Position numbers and translations under genes: made by a program. The notes under the pieces are model-generated. The model was not told the origin of the DNA. It saw nothing but the letters and a program-made list of their open reading frames with translations, and ran no database searches. Positions 36,906 to 44,490 of a stretch of 54,847 nt of DNA are shown here, piece by piece. Within the stretch, counting starts at the first letter, position 1. Every line of letters begins with the position of its first letter. This stretch comes from an uncultured Bacteroidota bacterium (GTDB lineage Bacteria > Bacteroidota > Bacteroidia > Bacteroidales > CAIWKO01), in NCBI GenBank assembly GCA_937934705.1, contig CALGYY010000047.1, forward strand, positions 1 to 54,847, written 5' to 3'.

Positions 36906-38090
36906 TTATGATTTAGCCGGTTTCTGCTTCATCAGCTTTTCTGCCTTGCTCACCACCAGCGAAAGGTAAATGGCCAGCGGCCGGTAGGCCAGGTGTGACC
37001 ATTTGGAGAACGGTACTTCAATGATCAGCATGGGGAAAAGGATCATCAGATGAACAACGTACATAATATACGTGGGATAAGGCATGCCATTCACCCGGAA
37101 GAAGTGAACCAGGATGCCTGTAACTGCGGTCAGCATCAGCAGGAGGAGGAAGGTCCAGTCGGTAAAGTGGGTATGCTTGGCCTTTTCTGTTTTCTTTTTG
37201 ATGCGGAGTACACTGAAATAGATAATGCCACCGATTAGTCCTACCGTGGTGTAATAACCCAATAAACGCTGGGGATGCCACCAGTCATGAATCTCATCTG
37301 TCTGAAACCAGCCGAGGAAACCCACGATCATGGTGAAAAGCATAACATAACTTGACATGAGCAGAAAGTGTACAAGCCAGTAGGTGTTCTTTCCCTGCTT
37401 CAGTTTCTCCCGCCAGGAAATTTTTTCAGTATGGCATTTGGCAAATCTTCTTTGGGTTGCAAAATGTCCGATCAGGGCCGGCAACTGTGTAAAGTAGAGT
37501 TTGAAGGGTATCCTTAAGCCTTCTTTCACCCTGCTTCGTACAATTTTCAGATACATGCGAACCACATTTGAAAGCAGGAGGCTTGAGAGTACAGCGGCGA
37601 CTCCCCAGTCGACGAGTTCAATGATTTGCCACGGGGCGAAAGTGTTCAGTTTTACGCCCCCTTCAGGGGTGAGTTCTGTAGTCATTTCCCCGTGAAAGAA
37701 GATGAAACCCAGCAGTACCAGCAGGGCGATGAACAGGAGTGCGACAATTTCAAAAGTTTTGGATGTGTACAGCATGCGGGAGATCCCGGTCCAGTCGTAT
37801 TTGGCGATCAGATAACGGCGTGTCGCCATCATAAGATTCCCGGGGTTGGCTTCGCGCGGACAGGTGGTTGAACAGTCGCCACAATAATAGCACAGCCATG
37901 GGTCGAGGGAGCGCTGTATCTGCCCGTCTAGTCCCAGCACGGTATAACGCAGCATCTTCCTCGGGAAGGAATTTTCGCCGTCAGACAGGGAACAGATGGC
38001 CGTGCATGTACCGCAGTTGTAGCAGGCATCGAATTCGTTGGCGCCGAATTTCTTGATCTCTTTTCCGAACTCTGGATTCACTCTTGCCAT
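36906..38090 (-). CDS. QmoC-like membrane protein: HdrC-type 2x[4Fe-4S] domain fused to an HdrE/NarI-type multi-TM (cytochrome b-like) domain
   Basis: 394 aa. CYNCGTCTAICS and CYYCGDCSTTCP are followed by about six hydrophobic helices with conserved His residues. Confidence 0.75.
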   Translation of the reverse strand: MARVNPEFGKEIKKFGANEFDACYNCGTCTAICSLSDGENSFPRKMLRYTVLGLDGQIQRSLDPWLCYYCGDCSTTCPREANPGNLMMATRRYLIAKYDWTGISRMLYTSKTFEIVALLFIALLVLLGFIFFHGEMTTELTPEGGVKLNTFAPWQIIELVDWGVAAVLSSLLLSNVVRMYLKIVRSRVKEGLRIPFKLYFTQLPALIGHFATQRRFAKCHTEKISWREKLKQGKNTYWLVHFLLMSSYVMLFTMIVGFLGWFQTDEIHDWWHPQRLLGYYTTVGLIGGIIYFSVLRIKKKTEKAKHTHFTDWTFLLLLMLTAVTGILVHFFRVNGMPYPTYIMYVVHLMILFPMLIIEVPFSKWSHLAYRPLAIYLSLVVSKAEKLMKQKPAKS

Positions 38091-38095
38091 GGGGA

Positions 38096-40078
38096 TCAGT
38101 TTTTCATTTTATAATTGAAGTAGGTGTCGCTCTCATCCATGCCGTCGGGCACAACGATCCCGTATTTGTTCATGGTCATCAGATGCCAGGTCACCAGGTC
38201 ACTGCTTTTGTTGATCTGCTTCGAAAGATCCGGTATATTCATTGGCCCTGAAGCAAGAGCTTCTTCAATCTCTTTCCAGAGCTGGGGATATTCCTTCATG
38301 GTTACGGCCGGGGCTTCTTCATTCTCTGTTGTGCTTTCCTGTTGTTTCTCACGCATCTCGACCTTCTCCATAAAACCATCAATCATGCTTTCGATCTCGA
38401 GATTGGTAAACTGTGCCAGTTCAATCGCGTCAGGCGGGCAAACCGGTGCACATATCCCGCATCCGGCACAGGTAGCATTATTCACAACCGCCACCTGTTT
38501 TCCCTGAAATTCGATCTGACGGATGGCATCGTAATCGCAGACCTCCGCGCACTTTCCGCACCAGGTGCAGGCTTCGCTGTTAACCCTGGCCACCACCGGA
38601 TCCAGCGAAATGGTCCCGCCTCCTAACAAGGCATTCATCTTGGCCGCGGCTGAAAGTGAGGATTCAACCGATTCTGTAATATTCCTCGGTCCCTGGCAAC
38701 TGCCGCCGATATACACGCCTTTGATCACCGTTTCCACCGGTTTCAGTTTGGGGTGGATTTCGTTGAAAAAACGATCGCTGCCAATGGGAATCTTAAAAAC
38801 GTCTGCAATGCTTCGACTGTCTTCCCTGGCGACGGCACCGGTAACCAGCACGACAAGATCCAGTGGAATTTCAATTTCTTCTTTCGATGTGAGATAGTCT
38901 TTTACTTTAACCAGGACCTGATCGCCAGCAGCCTCCACAAGCGGCGGTTCTTTTTCATCCCAGCGAATATAGATATCGCCCTGTTTTGAAGACTTCTCAT
39001 AAAGGATTTCCTGCTTCCCGTATGTCCGTATGTCGCGGAATAAATGCCATGCGGTCACATCCCCGTATTTTTCCTTTATCTTCAGTGAGGTATGTATAGC
39101 CGCACTGCAGCAAAAGCGCGAGCAGTATTTATTTTCCCCTTTTTTCTGGCGGTTTCCGACACAATAAATGAAACCCACCTGTCTCACCTTTTTGCCGTCC
39201 ACCACCAGCTCACCCTGCTCTTTCACCATACGGTCGAAATCCGGCAGTGTGACGATGCGCTTTGAACTTCCGTAAGCATATTCATTCTCCTTTGGCTGAT
39301 AGCTGTCCATCCCTGTTGCCACAAGAACGGAGCCCACATTCAGGCTCAGCTTTTCATCATTATCGCCTGTTCCGATGCTGACGCCAACGTGAAAATTTCC
39401 CAGGCTTCCGCTGACTTTCTCAACTGTCGCCCTTGTAAAAACAGTGATGCCGCTGTGCCTGCGGATCTCTTCCTGCAGGCGACCCGTCAGTTCGCTGCCG
39501 CTCTGCCCGCTCATGAATAAGCTGCCTGCCTGTGCCACACGGCCACCGGTCTGCGCTTCCTTTTCAATCAGGTACACCTGGTTCCCCATGCGTGCCAGAT
39601 CAATCGCGGCACGCATTCCGGCTACTCCGGCACCGATGACCAAAGCCGCCTTCACGACTGGAATCTCAATGTTCTCCAGAGACTCAGAATGTGATACCCG
39701 CTTGATTCCTGCACGGATGAGCCCCACAGCCTTTATGCTGGCTTCCTTTTTATTATCGGAATGTGGCCAGGAACATTGTTCCCTGATATTGACCTGTACA
39801 TAATTGGAGGGGTTCAGTTTTGCCCTTTCAGCCACTCCACGGAAAGTATGCAGGTGAAGCTTGGGTGAGCAGGAAGCCACAACGATCGCGTCCAGTTTGT
39901 GCTCTTCAATATCACTGACCATCTGCTTCTGGTTGGAATCGGCACAGGCGAACATGACATCCTTTGAGATCACCACACCCGTCTCTTCTGCAAGCATTTT
40001 ACCGAGTTCTTCAACATCAACATAATCGGAGATGTTGCCCCCGCAATGACAGATATATACTCCTATTCTCTGTTTCAT
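38096..40078 (-). CDS. hdrA: HdrA-type FAD/FeS flavoprotein (QmoB-position) with C-terminal 2x[4Fe-4S] and an extra helical tail
   Basis: The ORF is open to 40243 but overlaps the upstream gene. The Met at 40078 gives MKQRIGVYICHCGGNISDYVD. FAD fold ALVIGAGVAGMRAAIDLA, HdrA signature YCVGNRQKKGENKYCSRFCC, CTWCGKCAEVC and CAGCGICAPVCP. Confidence 0.85.
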   Translation of the reverse strand: MKQRIGVYICHCGGNISDYVDVEELGKMLAEETGVVISKDVMFACADSNQKQMVSDIEEHKLDAIVVASCSPKLHLHTFRGVAERAKLNPSNYVQVNIREQCSWPHSDNKKEASIKAVGLIRAGIKRVSHSESLENIEIPVVKAALVIGAGVAGMRAAIDLARMGNQVYLIEKEAQTGGRVAQAGSLFMSGQSGSELTGRLQEEIRRHSGITVFTRATVEKVSGSLGNFHVGVSIGTGDNDEKLSLNVGSVLVATGMDSYQPKENEYAYGSSKRIVTLPDFDRMVKEQGELVVDGKKVRQVGFIYCVGNRQKKGENKYCSRFCCSAAIHTSLKIKEKYGDVTAWHLFRDIRTYGKQEILYEKSSKQGDIYIRWDEKEPPLVEAAGDQVLVKVKDYLTSKEEIEIPLDLVVLVTGAVAREDSRSIADVFKIPIGSDRFFNEIHPKLKPVETVIKGVYIGGSCQGPRNITESVESSLSAAAKMNALLGGGTISLDPVVARVNSEACTWCGKCAEVCDYDAIRQIEFQGKQVAVVNNATCAGCGICAPVCPPDAIELAQFTNLEIESMIDGFMEKVEMREKQQESTTENEEAPAVTMKEYPQLWKEIEEALASGPMNIPDLSKQINKSSDLVTWHLMTMNKYGIVVPDGMDESDTYFNYKMKN

Positions 40079-40103
40079 TATATGTGGTTTTTGAAAGGTA
40101 CTT

Positions 40104-42899
40104 TCAGGATCCGCAGTGACAGCCGCAGCTTTCCTGGTCAACACATGAATTATTGAGGTAGGCTGCCACTTCTGATGCCGCGCAACCTGCCGATAAGATG
40201 GAATCCGGAATATCTTTCGGGCCGGCAGCACTGCCGGCCACAAAAACGCCTTCGATACTGGTCAGGGCCGGATGGATCAGTTCGTCGGCTTGTCTGACAA
40301 AGTTAAATTCATCCAGTTCGAGCGTCTCATTGCTGAAGAACTTTGCCGTATCCTTATTGGGAACTACACCTACCGAAAGCACCACCAGATCATGTTTTGC
40401 CTCTTTCAGCACTCCGGTAGTGATATCCTCATATCGCAGTATCACATCCCCGTTGGGATTCGAGTCATCTTTAGCACGAATCTTAGCAACTTTTCCTTTA
40501 ATAAAATTAACCCCCATGGATTTTGCTTCCTGGAAGAATTCCTCGTAGCCTTTGCCAAATGCCCGGATGTCGATATAGTAGATGGTAATATCTGCCATGG
40601 GTAAAGCTCCCATCAGCAGTTGAGCCTGTTTGATGGAATACATGCAGCAGATCTGGGAGCAGATCGGGTTGTTGGCACAGTCATCCCCGCAACCCATATG
40701 GTTTTCGATACTGCGGTCGCGGGAACCCGCACAAAGTACATAGGCAATATTGTCAGGGACCTTGCCGTCGCCGGGGCGGAGAACGCTGTTGTAAGGGCGT
40801 GTGGGTGCGATCAGGCGATCCATCTGCAAGGAGTCGATCACGTTGCCGAGGCGGGCGTACCCCAGTTCGGGTTTGCCTTCCGGCTTAAAGAGTTTATATC
40901 CCGAAGCCACAATTACGCTTTTGACCTCTGCATCCAGAATTTCCGGTTTCTGCGAGAAATCGATCGCATAGGCCGGGCAGGCGGTCACGCATTGATGGCA
41001 CTCCCGGCAATTGGAACAGTCGAGGCAGCGGTTTGCACTTTGCAGAACTTCGGCCTCGGTGAAAGTCAGTTCCACATCCCTGAAATCGCGGACCCTTTCT
41101 TCTGCCGGCCTGAATCCGTGGTGCAGGGCGGGAAGGATATTGACCTTCGGTCTGTTCAGTACCTGCTGTTTATCCACAGCCGGCAGCTTTTCCCCGAATG
41201 CTCCCATCGGAAAATCTTCTTTCATCAGGAAGCTGTGCATATAAAATGCTGCTTTCTTTCCGCTTCCAATGGCTTCAATGATGGTGCTCGCGCCATTCTT
41301 CGAATCACCACCGGCAAAAACCCAGGGAACTTTTGTCTGGTGGGTTTCAGGATCGGCCTGAATGGTGCCGTCTTTTCCGACACCAATGGGGGTTTTAACA
41401 GACGATGTTGTCGGACGCAAGCCAATGGCTTCAATGACGAAATCAACCTCTTCCCAGTATTCTGAACCTTCCTCAGGAACCGGAAGCCTGCGGCCTTTTT
41501 CATCGGCCTTATCGAGTTTCATGCGGATCAGCTGAACCTTCTTCAGCTTGCCATTTTCGCCACTGAAGCGGACCGGGTTGCGCAACTGCATCAACTCAAC
41601 GCCTTCCTCAAGGGCCTCTTCGATCTCAATATCCCAGGCCGGCATCTCTGAACGGCTCCGGCGGTAAACAACACTCACTTTTGAGGCACCGAGTCTCAGG
41701 GCTGTACGGGCGGAATCCATAGCCGTATTTCCGCCTCCGATCACCATCACACGCTTCCCTTTCAGATCAGCCGGAGTGCCGATATTGGCCTCTCTCAGAA
41801 AATCCAGGCAGGAGACCACACCCCTCAAATCTGCACCTTCGACGCGTAATTGGCTCGTTTCATGGGTGCCGACCGCCACAAATACGGCATCGTACTTCCC
41901 TTCTTCCTTCAGGGCTTCCAGGTCATCCACCCGGGTGTTCAGCTGTATCTGCACCCCAAGGGCAGTGATATTCTGAATATCGCGGTCAACAACGCTCTTC
42001 GGAAGGCGGTATTCCGGAAGCGTCAGTTTCAGCATTCCCCCGGCCTGTGATGCGGCCTCATAAATTTTCACGGAGTGACCCTTCTGCGCCAGAAAATACG
42101 CGGCGGTTAATCCTGCCGGACCAGAGCCGATAACGGCGACTTTCTTTCCTGTGAAAGGCGGCATCTCTGCTTTGGGTGCTTCAGGGTATTGCTTATAATA
42201 TTCCTCTGCGAAGAATCTTTTAATCCTGCGGATATCCACGTGCTGATCCTGTGTATCCCGTGTACAGGCTTTCTGACAGGGAGCATAACAGGCCCGGCCC
42301 AGGCTTCCTGGAAGGGGTGCGTCTTCCATGTGAAGCTTCATGGCATCCTCATACTGGCGGTTTCTCACCAATGTGATATATCCGTATGGCTTCACGCCTC
42401 CCGGACATTCATTGATACAGGGTGCAGAAACATCCTGCCGGTCGATGGAAGCGATACGGGGATTGGCCAGGCTGAAGGGAATATAGGCTACTTTACGTCC
42501 GGCCAGGTGAGCGTTGTAATCATCGCTGCGCACCTCAGGGCATACCACTTCACATTCCCCGCATCCCGTACAGTTTTCCTGTATTACATAGCGGGGATTG
42601 CGGATGATACTGGCATTGAACACCCCGTTCTGCTTCACGATCCCGTGAATATCGCTGTTGAGCGAAAGCGTAATATTCGGGTGACGGGCTGTTTCCGACA
42701 TTTTAGGAGTAGTGATACAGGCGGCACAATCGAGTGTCGGAAAAACCTTGCTCAGTTGTATCATCTTTCCCCCGATGGACAGACCTTTCTCCACCAGCAG
42801 CACCTGATAATTCATGTTGGCGAGACTTAGTGCGGCTTCCTGTCCGGCAATCCCGCCGCCGATCACCATCACATCATACTTATTCCGGTTTGTTGACAT
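40104..42899 (-). CDS. HdrA-type flavoprotein with an embedded GltD/NfnB-type NAD(P)H oxidoreductase module (HdrL-like)
   Basis: 931 aa. N-terminal YDVMVIGGGIAGQEAALSLA and CTGCGECEVVCP. Insert with GRACYAPCQKAC, KKVAVIGSGPAGLTAAYFLAQKGHSV, MVIGGGNTAMDSART and VFAGGD. The chain then resumes with HdrA features CLDCSNCRECHQCVTACP and LCAGSRD...CSQICC. Confidence 0.85.
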   Translation of the reverse strand: MSTNRNKYDVMVIGGGIAGQEAALSLANMNYQVLLVEKGLSIGGKMIQLSKVFPTLDCAACITTPKMSETARHPNITLSLNSDIHGIVKQNGVFNASIIRNPRYVIQENCTGCGECEVVCPEVRSDDYNAHLAGRKVAYIPFSLANPRIASIDRQDVSAPCINECPGGVKPYGYITLVRNRQYEDAMKLHMEDAPLPGSLGRACYAPCQKACTRDTQDQHVDIRRIKRFFAEEYYKQYPEAPKAEMPPFTGKKVAVIGSGPAGLTAAYFLAQKGHSVKIYEAASQAGGMLKLTLPEYRLPKSVVDRDIQNITALGVQIQLNTRVDDLEALKEEGKYDAVFVAVGTHETSQLRVEGADLRGVVSCLDFLREANIGTPADLKGKRVMVIGGGNTAMDSARTALRLGASKVSVVYRRSRSEMPAWDIEIEEALEEGVELMQLRNPVRFSGENGKLKKVQLIRMKLDKADEKGRRLPVPEEGSEYWEEVDFVIEAIGLRPTTSSVKTPIGVGKDGTIQADPETHQTKVPWVFAGGDSKNGASTIIEAIGSGKKAAFYMHSFLMKEDFPMGAFGEKLPAVDKQQVLNRPKVNILPALHHGFRPAEERVRDFRDVELTFTEAEVLQSANRCLDCSNCRECHQCVTACPAYAIDFSQKPEILDAEVKSVIVASGYKLFKPEGKPELGYARLGNVIDSLQMDRLIAPTRPYNSVLRPGDGKVPDNIAYVLCAGSRDRSIENHMGCGDDCANNPICSQICCMYSIKQAQLLMGALPMADITIYYIDIRAFGKGYEEFFQEAKSMGVNFIKGKVAKIRAKDDSNPNGDVILRYEDITTGVLKEAKHDLVVLSVGVVPNKDTAKFFSNETLELDEFNFVRQADELIHPALTSIEGVFVAGSAAGPKDIPDSILSAGCAASEVAAYLNNSCVDQESCGCHCGS

Positions 42900-42918
42900 A
42901 TGAATTTCTTTTTATTGA

Positions 42919-43380
42919 CTAGGACGCCTTATTATTCAGCTCAGCCTGTATGCTTCCGATCTCAGATAAGATACGGCTGAAATTGTCCATGTGACTGGCA
43001 AAGGGTTCCGCGCATACGGAACAAATGGCTGCCATGCGGATACGTTTGGGATTGATCCCCTGCTCTTTCATCATTGATTGCGCGTGGTTGATGAGGTCGT
43101 TGGTGCGGTCGGGACAACTGGCGCTGTAAGAACATTCATGTCCGTCGGCTGCGATGAAAACCCCGTCAAACCCCTGCCTGTAGGCATGCATGATCCATCG
43201 CGGTTTGATCCCCGAAGAGCATGGCATACTGATCACATAAACCGAGGGAGAATAATGAATTTTTCGCAGGCCGGCCTGGTCAATGCCCGGATCTGAGATC
43301 TTGTCAGTGGAGAAGACCAGGATTTTTGGTTGAAAACTGTTGGTGGTGGACATATTCGCTTTATGATTTGGACAATACAA
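42919..43380 (-). CDS. MvhD/FlpD-like (methyl-viologen-reducing hydrogenase delta subunit family) protein
   Basis: 153 aa; the start may be the Met at 43353. KILVFSTDKIS...VISMPCSSGIKPRWIMHAYRQGFDGVFIAADGHECSY aligns by eye with the MvhD fold but has an altered Cys pattern. Confidence 0.7.
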   Translation of the reverse strand: MYCPNHKANMSTTNSFQPKILVFSTDKISDPGIDQAGLRKIHYSPSVYVISMPCSSGIKPRWIMHAYRQGFDGVFIAADGHECSYSASCPDRTNDLINHAQSMMKEQGINPKRIRMAAICSVCAEPFASHMDNFSRILSEIGSIQAELNNKAS

Positions 43381-43441
43381 TCCTGAGACCCCGGCCTTTG
43401 AATGCGGGGTTTATTTTTGTACTATTCTGTTTACGAATTAC

Positions 43442-43699
43442 TTATGCTTTTTTCAGAAAAAGTCTGGAATAGCTGTCTTCCTCCACGATGCCAAGGAACT
43501 GGTGTTCCATTTTTTCGCACCATTTCGGGATGTCGTGTTTGGTTCCTTCGTCAGACGAAAGGATCTCCATGATCTCGCCGGATTCAATATCTCCGATGGC
43601 TTTTTTGGCTGCAAGCAGTGGTCCGGGGCATGCTGTTCCGCGGGCGTCAACAAGTTTGTTGGAGGTGAGGTTTCTGAGTTCTTCGGGTGTCATAATCAT
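43442..43699 (-). CDS. tusA: TusA/SirA-family sulfurtransferase
   Basis: 85 aa. DARGTACPGPLLAAKKAI active-site Cys motif and a two-layer alpha/beta-sized protein. Confidence 0.85.
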   Translation of the reverse strand: MIMTPEELRNLTSNKLVDARGTACPGPLLAAKKAIGDIESGEIMEILSSDEGTKHDIPKWCEKMEHQFLGIVEEDSYSRLFLKKA

Positions 43700-43728
43700 T
43701 ATTTTTATGTGATTTTACTTTTTCGTGA

Positions 43729-44298
43729 TCAGATAAAGAGCTGTACTTTGCTTTCGCTGGCATCGGCCAGGAAAGTGGCCACACCGCAGATGTTCATATG
43801 AGGATAGTCGATCATTTCTTCTTTTTTGAAGCCCATGAGGTTCATCGACATTTCGCAGATGTTGATTTCGACGCCCAGTTCGCCGGCAGTGGTGAACATT
43901 TCAGGGAGTGAGGCCACCTTATGTTTCTTCATGATGCCTTTGATCATGGATGTTCCCATTCCGCCCATATTCATTTTGCTCAGCTTAACCTTACGACTTC
44001 CTTTGGGAAGCATCATCCCGAACATCTTTTCCATGAAGGTTTTTCCGCTCACCTTTTTCTTCGGGTCACGCAGGGCTGCAATTGCCCAGAAAGTGAAGAA
44101 GAGTTTCACCTTCATATCATAAGCGGCAGCGCCTGTGGAAATAATCATGGCAGCCAGGATCTTGTCGAGATCGCCGGAAAAAACGACCATCGATAACTGG
44201 TCTTTGGTTCCCTTTTCCATTTTTCCGATCTTCTGCTGCAGTTCCTGTATCTGTTTTTCAAGTTCAGCACTCATAGGTTTGATTTTAAGTTTAAACAA
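43729..44298 (-). CDS. DsrE/DsrF/DrsH-like family protein
   Basis: 189 aa; the start may be the Met at 44274. MVVFSGDLDKILAAMIISTGAAAYDMKVKLFFTFW...LSKMNMGGMGTSMIKGIM...ICEMSMNLMGFKKEE matches the DrsE_2-type family usually paired with TusA. Confidence 0.8.
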   Translation of the reverse strand: MFKLKIKPMSAELEKQIQELQQKIGKMEKGTKDQLSMVVFSGDLDKILAAMIISTGAAAYDMKVKLFFTFWAIAALRDPKKKVSGKTFMEKMFGMMLPKGSRKVKLSKMNMGGMGTSMIKGIMKKHKVASLPEMFTTAGELGVEINICEMSMNLMGFKKEEMIDYPHMNICGVATFLADASESKVQLFI

Positions 44299-44303
44299 AA
44301 GTA
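44296..44303 (-). promoter_or_regulatory. Candidate -7 box (TActTTTG) for the dsrE-like operon
   Basis: The reverse complement of caaaagta matches the Bacteroidota TAnnTTTG consensus. It is only compatible with the internal start at 44274. Confidence 0.3.
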
Positions 44304-44355
44304 AGAGGTCTCATGAAGTCTTCAGCATCCCTGCCTGTGCATTTTCGCAAAGCCG

Positions 44356-44375
44356 GGTGTGATTTATATCACACC
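44356..44375. promoter_or_regulatory. Perfect 20-bp palindrome containing a consensus CRP-type site TGTGA-N6-TCACA
   Basis: GGTGTGATttatATCACACC has perfect 8-bp arms. Core TGTGA at 44358-44362 and TCACA at 44369-44373. It lies in the 192-bp divergent region between the dsrE-like operon and the Crp/Fnr gene. Confidence 0.65.
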
Positions 44376-44391
44376 TGTTCCAAAAAATGAT

Positions 44392-44399
44392 TATCTTTG
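44392..44399 (+). promoter_or_regulatory. Candidate -7 box (TAtcTTTG) for the Crp/Fnr regulator gene
   Basis: Matches TAnnTTTG about 90 bp upstream of the ATG at 44491. The centre of the CRP-type palindrome lies about 30 bp upstream of it. Confidence 0.4.
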
Positions 44400-44490
44400 T
44401 TAATCAGCAAAATGAGAATTCCGCGGCACCCTTCTGCCTGTTTCTGTGCGCAAGACTCCCCGGTATTTCTTTTAAAAAAAGATCAGTCCT

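Noticed and set aside
40079-40243. 55-codon N-terminal extension of the second HdrA ORF
   Set aside because: It overlaps the end of the upstream gene by 140 nt and has no HdrA-like sequence. The Met at 40078 gives a 25-nt intergenic gap and a typical MKQRIGVYICHCG start.
40620-41465. 281-aa plus-strand ORF (and 42189-42830, 213 aa)
   Set aside because: Both lie antisense within the 931-aa HdrA::GltD gene, which carries many canonical cofactor motifs. These are shadow ORFs.
30300-42899. Methanogen-type CoB-CoM heterodisulfide reductase, or a complete dissimilatory sulfate-reduction Qmo system
   Set aside because: The genomic background is bacterial (Bacteroidota-like). No methanogenesis, Mvh hydrogenase, aprAB, sat or dsrAB genes are present in the window. 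The names Hdr and Qmo are used only for family resemblance.
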